Shown here: piece after piece, positions 50,793-63,879 of the stretch
How positions within the stretch are numbered: the first letter of the stretch is position 1
How the letters are laid out: each line of letters starts with the position of its first letter
The notes under the pieces: generated by a model
Told to the model about the DNA's origin: nothing
The model's input: the letters and a program-made list of their open reading frames with translations, nothing else
Database searches by the model: none
Translations under genes and position numbers: made by a program
Assembly (NCBI GenBank): GCA_038087875.1
Contig: CM075981.1
Span: forward strand, 1,178,001 to 1,242,000
Origin: Malacoraja senta
Lineage: Eukaryota
Direction of reading: 5' to 3'
Length of the DNA stretch: 64,000 nucleotides

Positions 50793-53418
50793 CTGAATAT
50801 GTGCAATATGAATGGGGAAGAAGGAAGCAGGAAGCTGGTTTGTAAACCCGCAGTATGCCAGATATTAAAATATCACACGTCGGCACTTGTTGTCCTCTCA
50901 GCTCAATTTTACAAATTCATCTCTTTGCATTTCCATTGCATGTCGGAAATAGCTCAATTTGGTTTAGTTTAGATATGCTGCGCGGAAACAGGCCCTTCAG
51001 CCCAACGAGTCCACGCCGACCAGCGATCCCCCACGCATTACACACACTTTGTGTGCCGGGCTTGGTTCAGGTGCGATCATTCGTGCGTCTGGTACCAAGG
51101 TTAGGGCATGTTCTGCCTCGCCTGGAAAGATCCGACATATTCGCGGCTACCCAACTATGACAAGAGTAGGCAGTTGTGTTTCGAGGTTTCCACGCTGATA
51201 CAGTCAGCTGCTAGTGACATGTAAACCAATAAAAGACTTCTCCCATTGTAATAAGTCTCGCCCATGACAACAGGCTCTGCCAGCTCTCCAGGTTGTGTCC
51301 ACACATGGTGAAAGTCCCTCCACCAAACATGCTGCATGCGTGTTTCAAATGCAGCCAGTGTCAGGGGTGGTGGACATGATCTCGTACAAGAGGCAGCTGA
51401 TGGGCCGAACCGTCTGAGGCCTTCAACCCCACATTGATATTAATAAACGGAGGCAAAAATAAAATAAAATGCTGGACGAACAGAGAAGGCCAGACAGCAG
51501 CTGTGAAGAGAAATGGACAGATAACTTTTCGGTTCGGAGTCCCTCTTGAAGAGGAAGGGTTACGACCCGAAATGTGTTCCACCCATTTCACTCATAGTTA
51601 TTTCCTGACCCGCGTAGTTACTCTTTATTTCCCCAGGATTTTAGCATATTTGGCCTATTGTCTCTCGCGAAATAAACAGGACCGCAAGACATGGGACCAT
51701 AAATAGAGTCTGCTCCGCCATTCGATCATGGCTGATCTATTTTTTCCTTCTCAACTCCATTTTGCTGCTTTCTCCCCATAACCCCTGACACCCATACTAA
51801 TCAAGAATTTAACAATAGCCGCCTTAACAATACCCAATGTCTTGGCCTCTACCACCGTCTGTGATATTGAATTCCACAGGTTCACCACGCTCTAGCTGAA
51901 GAAATTCCTCCTCTTCTCCATTCTAAAAGGAGTTTATTTATTCTGAGACTGAGTCTCCTCATCCTAGATTCTCCCACTAGTGGAAACATCCTCTCCACAT
52001 CCACTTTATCCAGGCCTTTCATTATTCGGTAATTTTCAATAAGGTCAAATGTTCAAATCTCCGGCGAGTGCAGGCCCAGTGCTGACAAACTGTTATACTC
52101 CCCACATCCATTCTATCTAGGCCTCGAAACTCACATCTGTTCGCTGGTTTGGGGGTCACCTCCATTCATACCATCTTTTTTTCTCCTGAAATGCTGCCTG
52201 AGCTGCCAAGTTACTCCAGCAGTTTGTGTCTATCTTCGGAATATACCAGCACTTGCAGTTCCTTTCTATGATCTTTGTATGACTTTACTTTTAAACTTTT
52301 CAGGCTCACTTGACTTGCGTGCGTTTTTATCGCCTATTCCAGCAGACATCTTAACAGTATTTACTATTTTATAACTTTTCCAGAAAATGAACATCGTTTT
52401 TTTTTGTTAACAAATGCTATAATTTAAGCACTTAAAGTTCAGACTGATTCAGAAGGCTCCCTGTGGTTTTCCGCCCAGGCTTACTGCTGTCGACTTTCTC
52501 GTCTCAGCACCACCAGTAAATTTAGATTTGAGTAACAACTGGGTGACTGATACAGATACACACTGATACAGAGCGAAAACAGGCCCTTCGGGCCACCTAG
52601 TCTGTGGTAATAGGGAGAACGTACAAACTCCACACAGACAGTACCCGAGTTCAGGATCGAACCTGCGACTCTGGCGCTGCACCGTTACCGCTCTATCACT
52701 GTCCCACTGTGCTTCCTCAGTTAATCAAAATATATATATATTTAAGATCAGATTTATACATGGCCATTGTTCCTAATACCTTCTTTTAAATTGAACACAA
52801 AGTACTGGTGTAATTCAGCGGATCAGGCCTAGAGGATGTGGGTATAGCAACGTTTCGGGTCGGACCCGCTGAGTTATTCCATCCAGTACTTTGTGTGAAT
52901 GTAAGATTCTATCATCTACAGGGCCTTGTATCTCCACTAGTTTTTTGTTGTTGTAAATTCCGGGTTTATTTCATAGCCAGACGTTCAAATCTTTTTCTGT
53001 TGTGGTGGGATTTGAACCAATAATCAATTGTGGGATCACTGGCGCAGAACTCAATGCCAAACTGTTAATTATAATTTATTTAATTTCTTAATTTTAGATT
53101 AATTCTGGTGTCCACCATTTATGTTGAATCAGATTTGGAGAAGTATCCTGATGCAAAATGCCTGAGCCGCTGAGTTCCTCAATTAACTTGTTTGCTGATG
53201 AACATTAAATAAACTGCACCGCACCAAGTCACAGCTCAGTTATTTTCCATGACCTTCACTGATTGTGTCCTTTCGCCTGGAATAAAATGGTGCACAAGAA
53301 AATAATAAATCCCTGTTGTCACCAAACCAGTAGCTTCAAATCAAAAAGTGCATTTTTTAAAATCTGTCAAGTTTATGTCTTCCTTTCTTGAATTTACAAT
53401 AAACGATACCTACTTTTT

Positions 53419-54842
53419 CAAAAGGGCATCAATTATACCAGTGCCCAAGAAGAGTAAGGTGACGTACCTCAATGACTATCGACCTGTGGCACTACGCCTG
53501 TGGTTATGAAGTGCTTTGATAGGTTGATCATGGCGCAGATCAACTCCTACCTCGACAAAAACTGGACCAACTGCAGTTCGCTTACTGCCACAACAGATCA
53601 ACGGTGGATGCGATCTCGCTGGCCCTTCATCCTGCTCTGGACCACTTGGACAACAAAAACTCATATGTCAGGCTGTTATTCATCTATTACAGCTCGGCAT
53701 TTAATACAATCATCCCCTCCAAGCTGGTTACCAAACTCGCAGAACTTTGTCTCTGCGCATCCCTCTGCAATTGGATCCTTGACTTCCTCACTCTCAGACC
53801 ATAGTCTGTTCGTATTGGTGGAAATGTGTCAGACTCGATAACAATCAGCACGGGAGCACCTCAAGGCTGCGTGCTCAGCCCCCTGCTGTACTCACTCTAT
53901 ACTCATGACTGCGTAGCCGGTCATAGTGCGAGCTCCATCATCAAGTTCGCTGACGACACCACTGTTGTGGGATGTATCACTGATGGGGATGAGTCAGAGT
54001 ATAGAAGAGGGATCGAGCAACTGTCCATATGGTGCCAGCACAATAACCTGGTCCTCAACACCAGCAAAACCAAGGAACTGATTGTGGACTTTGGAAGCAG
54101 TAGGATGGGGACCCACAGTCCCGTTTATATCAACGGGTTGATGGTTCAAAGGGTCAAGACCTTCAAATTCCTGGGCGTGCACATCTCTGAAGATCTTTCC
54201 TGGTCCGAGAACACTGATGCCATTATTAAGAAAGCACATCAGCGCCTCTACTTCCTGAGAAGATTACGGAGAGTCGGTTTGTCAAGGAGGACTCTCTCTA
54301 ACTCCTACAGGTGCACAGTAGAGAGCTGCTGACCGGTTGCATCGTGGCTTGGTTCGGTAAATTGAGCGCCCTGGAGAGGAAAAGACTACAAAAAGTAGTA
54401 AACACTGCCCAGTCCATCATCGGCTCTGACCTCCCTTCCATCGAGGGGATCTATCGCAGTCGCTGCCTCAAAAAGGCTGGCAGTATCATCAAGGACCCAC
54501 ACCATCCTGGCCACACACTCATCTCCCTACTACCTTCAGGTAGAAGATACAGGAGCCTGAAGACTGCAACGACCAGGTTCAGGAATAGCTACTTCACCAC
54601 AGTCATCAGGCTATTAAACTTGGCTTGGACAAAACTCTAAACTTTAATAGCCCATTAACTGTTATTTGCACTTTATTAGTTTATTTATTCATGTGTGTAT
54701 ACATTTATAGAATGTTATATGGACACACTGATCAGTTTTTGTAGTCAATGCCTACTATGTTCTGTTGTGCTGAAGCAAAGCAATAATTTCATTGTCCTAT
54801 CAGGGACACATGACAATAAACTCACTTGAACTTGAACTTGAA
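53419..54842 (+). mobile_element. Rex1/Babar-like LINE 3' fragment, specific to duplication copy 2
   Basis: [27 protein letters not shown]; (acttga)n tail; absent at ~46200. Confidence 0.88.
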
Positions 54843-56557
54843 TTACTAACCAACAACTTCCCTTTTTCATGTCTTTATGTGTTCCTCTCAGTGCGCCTGC
54901 AATGTTCTGTAAGAAACAAGCAGCTAGGTTGGTTCACTGGAAAACAGCACCTGGAATAATGATGGAACAGTTTATCTTTAAACCCACAGAAGGACACAAC
55001 TTATACAGGTAACGGTTATTTTCCTCTTCATATTATTACCTGGAATGATGATCTATCAATACCACAAAAAAAATTACAAGCACTATTCCTGATCTCCAAT
55101 TGGACCCTTTACCTCTCTTCGAGTGTATGTTGCATTTGTCTTATCTGATTGTTCAATATCATTGATATAAATGCAATGTACAGGCCTAGAGGTGAGACAT
55201 TTGGAGCATCATATTAATTCCACAGATTAAATACCCTCTGACTAAAGAGGTTCCTCCTCACCTCCGTTCTAAAAGAGCACCCTTTAATTCTGAGGCTATG
55301 ACCTCAGCTCCTAGACTCTCCCACCAATGGAAGCTTCCTTTCCACATCCACTCTATCTATGCCTTTCATTATTCTGTAAGTTTCAATGAGGTCCCCCCTC
55401 AACCTTCTAAACTCTAATGAGCACAGGACCAGTGCTGTCAAACGCTGACAATAGAGAATGCGTAAAGATATCAGAGTCCAGTTAACCATGAGAGTGCCAA
55501 CATAATGCTCACTGATAAGATTTAACTAATACTCAAGATTTGTCTCCCAGCTCTTACTTCTCAAGCCTAACAAGCCCTACGTAAAGATTCATAGAATAGG
55601 AAGAAGGCAGCAGGAAGGTTGATCATGAGACTAGGCCGAGCCTGCACAAAACATCTGGCCGGAAGAGTTTCAAATTTCTTTCCTCAAAAAAATTGATGTG
55701 TGTCTGATAGGAAATACATAAATACAGTAAAGAAATGTCAATGCAGTCAATAAATAGAGGAATATATTTGACAGTTTACTCCAAAATAAAATTACGAGTT
55801 AAAATCTTGGCAGAAATGGATAACAACAATCCAAGTGAGGAGGTTATACTCAATGGTGAAATGAGGAACAACATGTTCTCAGTTACTCAGAACAGAAATG
55901 TGGAACAAGACAGAAGGAAGATAGATTGTGAAACCATCGTGAGCTCATTTATAGGGACTGATCCTCAGAGTTTGAATTTCACAATGTGTAAGTGACAATT
56001 AAAAAAAAAAGATGTTTTTCATATTTTGATGGGTGGCACAGTGGTGCAACTAGCAGAGCTACAGGCTTACAGAGGAGAGAGGCCCGGGTTCGATCTGACC
56101 TCGGGTCCTGTCTGTGTGGAGTTTGCATGTTCTCTCTGTGCCCGGGTCTTCCGGTTTCCTGCTACATCCAAAAGACTTGCGAGTTTGTTAACTAATTGCC
56201 CTCTGTAAATTGCTCTGAGTGTTAAGCAAAATGTGTAGACACTTGTGTTTGAACGTGTGATAGATGGTCGGCGCGGACTGATTGGGCGGAAAGACTTGCT
56301 TCCGTGCTACATCTCTGAACGAATCATCCAATAATATAACATAATGCAATAATGTAGAGTAGAGCCACAGGTGAAGCGATCAATCACTTTCAATTACCCT
56401 CAATTCCTTAGACATTACCATTCAATTACGCTCACTTCCTTAGACATTACCATTCCTGATGATACCATTCCTGATGACCTCTCTGTCCTGGGCCTCCTCC
56501 ATGGCCAGAGTGAGCACCACTGGAAATTGGTGGCATGAACATTGAATTCTCACAATT

Positions 56558-57910
56558 TTTATTTTTTTTTTGAAAATATTTTTTATTGGAGATAAGTACA
56601 TAACCTATTAACATCATTACAGTCTTACATTTTTAAATTGATAATATTATCAATTATTATTACATTGTCTCCAATACCTTTTGCCTTTTTTTTATTTTAA
56701 ACTAGATAGAACTAAAAAGATAGATGAAGTAAAGAAAGAAAAGAGAGAGAAGAAAAAGAGAAAAAAAACAAAAAACAAAAAACAAAACAAAACAAAAGAG
56801 AAAGATAGTTAAAGAAGAGTGGAAAAATTTATTAAAATAAAAAACTTCATTCGAGATATGTTCGTACATTTCAGAATATAGCATTTCATCCATTTTTTAG
56901 CTCGAGCATTAGTCAGGTTCCCGTGCTGAACCATTCTGACCCTTTAAATAATCAATAAAGGGAGACCATGTTCCAACGAATAATTCCTGTTTGTCCAACA
57001 GGGAAAATCTGATTCTTTCCACGTTTAAGGTCTCCGTCATTTCTATAATCCACATTTTGATTGTGGGGGCCGTAGGGCCTTTCCAAAATTTTAGAATTAA
57101 TTTTTTTCCTGTTATTATACTATAATCAATAACGTTTCTTTGTGTTGTTGTAAATGTTTGATTTAATTCTGATGTTCCGAGTATTATAAATTTTGGATCC
57201 GGGTCCACTTGTGTGCTGGTCACTTTAGATATTATACTAAAAATATTTACCCAGAATTTTTTAATTTTTATACAGTTTGCAAACATATGAGATAAGGTAG
57301 CTTCTAAATGTTGACATTTATCACATATAGGTGAGATATGTTGAAAGATTTTATGTAATTTTGTTTTTGAATAATGTAATCTATGTATTACTTTAAATTG
57401 TATTAAAGAATGTGTGGCATTTAATGAACATTGATGTATATGTTGTAAACTTTCTTCCCAAGTATCTTTCGTTATTATTTGATTTAATTCTTTTTCCCAT
57501 GTTTGTCTGTGTAAGTCCGTCGATGGAATGTCACTGTCTAATAAGATATTATATATATAAGATATTAATTTTTCTGTATTAGGATGTTTATTCCAACATT
57601 CGTCAAGAATTTCTGAATTTCTAATTCGAAAGTTTTGAGTATTCGATTTTACATAATCTCTGAGTTGAAGATATCTGAAATAATCATTTCCTCGAAGTCC
57701 ATAAGTCTGTTGCAACTCCTGAAATGTCAGAAAAGTGCCTTCCTTATAAAGTTGTCCCATATTTTTAATTCCATAATTCTTCCATTGTGTAAAACCCCTG
57801 TCCAACCATGAGGGTTTAAACAAAGGGTTATTCACAATTGGGAGAAAAAGTGATAAATTATCTAATTTTAATGTCTTTTTTCCAAATTCGTATGGCACTA
57901 AATATTATAG
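56558..57910 (-). mobile_element. L1-clade LINE 3' fragment (ORF2 C-terminus with CCHC region), nested in a Penelope-like remnant
   Basis: ORF 56909-57898 (LIQFKVIHRLHY...CDKC...SHMFANC..FW); poly-A tail; probable 7-bp TSD cacaatt at 56551-56557 and 57911-57917. Confidence 0.88.
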
Positions 57911-57998
57911 CACAATTCTGTTAGCCCTTGCTGTCTCCTCCCCTTCTCAGCTCTCGGGCTCCTCCTCCTTTTTCCTTTCTTCTACATTTTCCTCTCAG

Positions 57999-58319
57999 TT
58001 TCAGGAGCACTGTCGGCAAAGAAATGGGTAGGAGGAGTTTTGGGAAGAGCGATCACAATCGATTGTCACTATGCCGCAGAGCACCGCTCACACGCAAAAT
58101 ATTGGTGCGGTGGAAGGAGTCGCCAGTGTACAGTTTTAGTGGAAACAAATGGACAATACGGACGGATTGGAAGAGTGTCAATTACAGATAAACCGGCACG
58201 AAGAATATTTACTGTGACTGTGGAGGATCTTCACTCCGGAGATACAGGATGGTACAACTGTGGAATTAATACACCTGGCAAGGATCCATTGTTTAACGTA
58301 TATCTCCAAGTATCTGATG
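57999..58319 (+). CDS. Gene E CD300/pIgR-like IgV exon, intact
   Basis: IDCHY...KYWCGGRSRQC...DTGWYNCG; ctctcag|tttcag acceptor, G|gtacgt donor; 321 nt. Confidence 0.92.
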
Positions 58320-59185
58320 GTACGTTTAGCAGCGATTGACTTGACGTCTCCACTGAAATGCCTGATCCATGTTTTCTCCAGGAAGGGTCAGGGCAGTACC
58401 GATATCCCGATGCTCCGCAACAGTGCAGAGACCTGCGGGGAGCGGGCGGGGTTCGGGAAACCCCTCTCATGTTGATCTCACCCAGTGCGGAGGGTCATAT
58501 GTTCAAAAGCGATAGGAGCAGAATTAGGCCATTCGGCCCATCAAGTCTATTCCGCCATTCAATCGTGGCTGATGTATCTCTCCCTCCTAACTCTATTCTC
58601 CTGCCCTCTCCCCATAAACCCTGACACCTGCACTAATCGAGAAGCAATTAATCCCTGCCTTAAAATTATCAATTGCCGGCCTCCACGGCCTTCAATGGCA
58701 ATCAATTCCAAAGTTTCGCCAAAGTCTGACTAAAGAAATTCCTCCTGATCTTCCCTCTGACGTAGGTGTTTTTATTCTGACCTCTGGTCCCCTGACGCTA
58801 TGGCCTCTGGTCCTCGACTTTCCTATTAGTGGAAACATCCTCTCCACATCCACTCCTGCTGTGTCCCGGGGTAATGACAGACAGGGCAGTTCGGACTGCT
58901 GAAGCCTGCAGAGTTTAATTTGCTTTAGTTTAGTTTATTGTTGCCACTTGTACTGAGCTGCAGTGAACAGCTTTTTTTTTTGCCGTGTGCTTTCCAGTCA
59001 GCAAAAGAGACGATATATGATAACAATCAAGCCGTTCACATTGTAGAGATGCGGGATAAATGGTATAACGCTTAGAGACACGGGGAGGTAGGTGAGCGGG
59101 TGAGATTTGGCGATGGTAGAAATTTACAGAGGAATTGTTTTTTATATATTTCCTCATAGTCTCAATGTTTGATCCTTTCCAACAG

Positions 59186-59500
59186 AACCCGTGTCTGTTC
59201 CTGTCCTTGTATTCCTGTCACCAACCAATGTTTCATGTACCTATGGCTCAGTATCACTGTCCTGTGAGTCTGTCCAGGGATCCCTGCCCATTCGGTACAC
59301 ATGGCATGAAAGGGCCACATATATGGATTCAAAGATCTCGAACAACAGTCAATTGGATCTACACTGTGGATCCTTCAAACGCCAGCACCATCAATATTTC
59401 TGCACAGCCTCCAATAATCGTGGAACAAAATCCAGTGAAATGGTCAACGTGACAGTCATCACCAGAGTGGTGTATTGTCATTATGTGACAGTAATCAAAG
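59186..59500 (+). CDS. Gene E C2-type Ig exon, intact, with GC donor
   Basis: tttccaacag|, 315 nt phase 1-1, AAAG|gcaagt; LSCESVQGSLPIRYTW...YFCTASNNRG. Confidence 0.88.
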
Positions 59501-60163
59501 GCAAGTGTCACTTTCATTAATCTAATTGGTTTCTAGGTTGGAGATGGACGTGGCATTTGTGGCTGATTGAGTAAAGTAAAATCTAGGTGCTGCACACTAC
59601 TTCTGGGTGTGGAGCGAGACAAATGTTTGTGTTGGAATGAACTGCGAATGCTGGTTTATACCGAAACATAGACACAAAGTGCTGGAGTAACCTAGCGATT
59701 CAGGTAGCATCTCTGGGGAACATGGATAGGTGACATTTTGGATCGCGTCGCTTCTTCAGATCCAAAACGTCACTAATCCATGTTCTATGGAGATGATGCC
59801 TGACCCGCTGGATTACTCCAGCAGTCTGTGACTTGTTTCGGATTGGGACCCTTATTCAGACTGCAAATATCCCGGTTGTCTACAGCTCTATACCTATGAA
59901 ATAATTGTGAGTTTCAATCAAATTGAACTGTGAAATGCAACTTGCAATTGATGTTGCCTAGTTTGGAGAAGATGTCGAAGATTGAATGCGCAGGGATATA
60001 TTTGAAAGGACAGCGAGGATGCTCTGTATTTTCTGGCAGTATTTGATATTTCGTGTCACTACCGCCGGTCCAGAAAGCCAGAGGTGGGAGGGAAGAAATC
60101 AGTAAGTGTGGACAAACGGTCAGCTATTTTGACGTACCTGAATTTAATTCCCTATCTCAACAG

Positions 60164-60266
60164 ACCTTGAATATCCTTGTGAAACCTTAACAACGGAATG
60201 GACAACAACGCCATCTGAGAATGCAAAAATAACATCGAACAGTACCCGATCCAGGTCCTTTGAAAG
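60164..60266 (+). CDS. Gene E Ser/Thr-rich stalk exon (DLEYPCETLTTEWTTTPSENAKITSNSTRSRSFE)
   Basis: ccctatctcaacag| and AG|gtacaa; 103 nt phase 1-2, open. Confidence 0.8.
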
Positions 60267-60324
60267 GTACAATGTTCTCAATTGACCAGTGTTGCGTCTG
60301 TATGATACCTGCTTCAGAGAGTCT

Positions 60325-60612
60325 AGTTTAGTTTAGAAATACAGCATGAAACAGACCCTCCGCCCAATCGACTCGACGCCGACAAACAATCGTGACACTG
60401 TCCTACATTCTCGGGGCAATTTACAAAAGTCAATTAACATACAAACTGGCCAGCACGTTGTTTTTTTTGGAGTGTAGGGGGAAGCCAAAGCACCCGGTGA
60501 AAACCCACGCGGTCACAGAGAGAACCCACATACTCCGGACTGAGAGCACCCGTAATCAGGATCGAACCCGGATCTCTAAGGCAGCAACTCTACCGCTGCG
60601 CCACTGTGCCGT
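60325..60612 (-). mobile_element. tRNA-derived SINE
   Basis: ggcacagtggcgcagcggtagag and gggttcgatcc on the minus strand. Confidence 0.85.
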
Positions 60613-61580
60613 CCCTGAGTCGTAGAGAGAAACAATGCAGAAAAATGCCCATTCGGCCCATCATACCAGTGCCTACTATCAATCACTCATTCATCTTTTA
60701 TGGCTTTTATTATTTCATCCACATTCTGATCACCTCCCCCAAAACATACATTTCGGGGCAGAGCCCTCTAGTGGTGATTGTAAGGTCAGTCTTACCCAGA
60801 CACATATTTTCCCCTCCTTGTAAATAAAGGCAATCATTTAAGTCCAGTTATCCAATCAAATACATGTTTTCCTCCGAATGAGTCCGGGGCCATCTAGACT
60901 AGTTTTGACGTAGCCATTTTATATTGAAATAAAATGCACTTACAGGCTCGGAACAACCAGAGTCGATTGAGAATTAATTAACCGTCAAACACAACAACAT
61001 GTGACAATAAAGTATTCCTATTCCTATTCTGAACCTATTGTAAGTATTGCATAAATAATCATCATAAGTATTAGCATTATCCACTCTCCTAGTGCACTCC
61101 TCAAAACTTCAATAATGCTTCTCAAGCATGATTTTCTCTTTTAAAGTCCCCGTCTATTATTCATTATAATTCTTATTTTCTTCATATCGTCCCGTTTTCT
61201 CAATGTCAGGAATCTATCCCTGAAGATCAATTACAGGCCCAATTGCTGGTTCATATCTGCTTCAGTAGATATGGGCAGTGGGAAGGAGAAGTGGAATAGC
61301 AACTCTTACTTGGGATAACGCAATGCAATTGGAAATTGGAAGAGCCAGTAGATAGTTGAGGGATATGGTGCAAATGTAGGCAACTAGGGCTAGCCCAGAA
61401 TGTCAATTTGGTCAGTTTTACAAGGTAGGGAGCGGGGGAAGGGTAGGGGGCAAGGCCGCGTTTCCATGCTTTGACCCAATAATTCCATGTTGCTCTATTC
61501 AATCAAGATTGCAGAGGAAGCAGGAGACAAAGCAATTTCCTTTCCTCCCATTGACGTTATATATTGTCTTCTTTCCTCAG

Positions 61581-61671
61581 TTACGTGATATGGAAAGTGG
61601 GGCGATGGGTTCTCTTTACCCTGCTTGCGGTGTGGACTATTTCAGTCACACGGTACACGAGAAAACCCCAG
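61581..61671 (+). CDS. Gene E transmembrane exon with basic residues (SYVIWKVGRWVLFTLLAVWTISVTRYTRKPQ)
   Basis: tcttctttcctcag| and CAG|gtaggt; phase 2-0 matches the flanking exons. Confidence 0.85.
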
Positions 61672-61960
61672 GTAGGTTTTAATGGGCATCAGTGGAATCG
61701 CTGAATGCTCCAAAATGCTTTAAAACATACAGGTCAATTACGAAAATCATGCACACCCACGAATCTTATTGAAACCAATAATCCTTTTCAAAAATTTCAG
61801 TTCCGTGAGAAATATTATAGAACCTTTGTTGGCAAAATGAATTGCAGAACGCAATGTGGTTAATGTCAGAGTCCTTGAGCCAGTTTCAGACAGGGTGTGT
61901 AAAATAATACTGAGTTCGCAATGTCAATGAGTCTGATGACTTCGCCATTGCCTTTTGCAG

Positions 61961-62008
61961 AGACGTGATGAACCAAATCCTCACAGTGTGGCCCCTGAGG
62001 TAAAATGA
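61961..62008 (+). CDS. Gene E last exon, short tail RRDEPNPHSVAPEVK*
   Basis: gccttttgcag|, phase 0; paralogous to 4016-4063. Confidence 0.78.
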   Translation, partial: RRDEPNPHSVAPEVK

Positions 62009-62257
62009 AGAGCCGTGATGACAGCGATTCCGTTGAAGACTCTGCTGCAGGATCGGATGTATATAAATGTCTTTTGTCATTCTTGCGCTACAGTGTCCAT
62101 GTTCTCCCAGTGACCAAAACTGCCCCCGTCCTCCATTGTGCCTTTACTCATTTCCAATAGTGTCCCAACTATTCTGCTGCGGAAATCCTCGTCCAAATAA
62201 TTGTTTGCTCCAATAATCTTCTCGGTATATGTGATAAATAAATACCGTACAATACCA

Positions 62258-62590
62258 CACGGTGGCACAGCGGTAGAATTACTGCCGTACAATTACTGCC
62301 GTACAGCGCTTGCTGCCCCGGAGACCCGGGTGCGATCCCGATTACGGGTGCTGTCTGCATGGAGTTTGTGCGTTCTCCCCGTGACCGTGTGTGTTTTCGC
62401 CGAGATCTTCGGTTTCCTCGCACACTCCAAAACCGTACAGGTTTCTTGGTTAATTGGCTTGGTGTAAGTATAAATTGTCCCCAGTGTGTGTAAGATAGTG
62501 TTAACGTGTGGGGATCACTTGTCGGCGCGGACTTGGTGGACAGAAGGGCCTGTTTCCATGCTGTATCTGTAATCTAAACTAAAAAACTAA
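62258..62590 (+). mobile_element. tRNA-derived SINE
   Basis: A box, degenerate B box gggtgcgatcc, family tail. Confidence 0.8.
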
Positions 62591-62814
62591 ATACCACACT
62601 GTAATCTCCCGCTTTCCCCTCACCATCTGTTTTAGATTATTTATAGCCAGCTGCCAACATAATAATTCACACCAAGTTCCATTGAACAATCAATTTGGGG
62701 ATCATTAAAATATATTGGTTCCCAGTCCCATACAGTCTGCACTACAACATTCTCATCCTCACATTCAAATATGCCAGACACCTCATCTCTCGGATTCTAT
62801 CTAATGTTCTACCT

Positions 62815-63570
62815 AATGTTATCTCACTTTTTAAGAAAGGAGGGAGAGAGAAAGGGAATTATAAACCAGTTAGCCTGACATCGGAGGTGGGGAAGATGCA
62901 GGAGTCAATTATAAAAGATGAGATGGCCGAACATTTGGATAGCAGTGACAGGATCGGTCTGAGTCCGCATGGATTTACATAGAAACATAGAAACTTAGAA
63001 AATAGGTGCAGGAGTAGGCCATTCGGCCCTTCGAGCCTGCACCGCCATTCAATATGATCGTGGCTGATCATCCAACTCAGTATCCTGTACCTGCCTTATC
63101 TCCATACCCCCTGATCCCTTTAGCCACAAGGGCCACATCTAACTCCCTCTTAAATATAGCCAATGAACTGGTATCAACCACCCTCTGTGGCAGAGAATTC
63201 CACAGATTCACCACTCTGTGTGAAAAAAAATTTATCATCTCGGTCCTAAAAGACTTCCCCCTTATCCTCAAACTGTGACCCCTTGTTCTGGACATCCCCA
63301 ACATCGGGAACAATCTTCCTGCATCTAGCCTGTCCAACCCCTTAAGAATTTTGTAAGTTTCTATAAGATCCCCCCTCAATCTTCTAAATTCTAGCGAGTA
63401 CAAGCCGAGTCTATCCAGTCTTTCTTCATATGAAAGTCCTGCCATCCCAGGAATCAGTCTGGTGAACCTTCTCTGTACTCCCGCTATGGCAAGAATGTCT
63501 TTCCTCAGATTAGGAGACCAAAACTGTACGCAATACTCCAGGTGTGGTCTCACCAAGGCTCTGTACAACT
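62815..63570. mobile_element. Two abutting CR1 fragments (+ 62815-62978; - 62979-63570 with tail)
   Basis: PLFKKGGREK..YKPVSLTS on the plus strand; RPHLEYCVQFWSP and (ctatgttt)n on the minus strand. Confidence 0.85.
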
Positions 63571-63879
63571 CGTCCTTGATTCTGCTGCTGGCCTTGCCAA
63601 GGCAACGTGAGGTACAAATGGAGTGAAGGAAGGAAGGTTGGTTTGTGTGATTACCATCAATCAGCGAAATTAGTTTCAGTCTTATTTGTTAAAAATAACC
63701 AAGGGTATGTTGTGATGTAAGGTCTCAGACATCAGCTGGTCCTTTGTGCTTTTTTGACTAGACTTCCTGCTGCCTTCTTCCTCATTTTTATTCCATTTAT
63801 AATGTAAGTGGTTTTGTTAACTTTGAGGACAAAGAGCTGAGCGACAAACAGGTGTTACCCGGTCTCTACGAATCAAACA

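Larger units (their letters stand above)
49180..56462. repeat. Local duplication, copy 2, lying between the gene E leader and V exon
   Basis: Co-linear with 40400-47846. Confidence 0.88.

Noticed and set aside
62815-63570. Twin-priming inversion of one CR1
   Set aside because: The plus-strand piece abuts the tail, not the 5' end, of the minus-strand piece, and no TSD was found; more likely two insertions.
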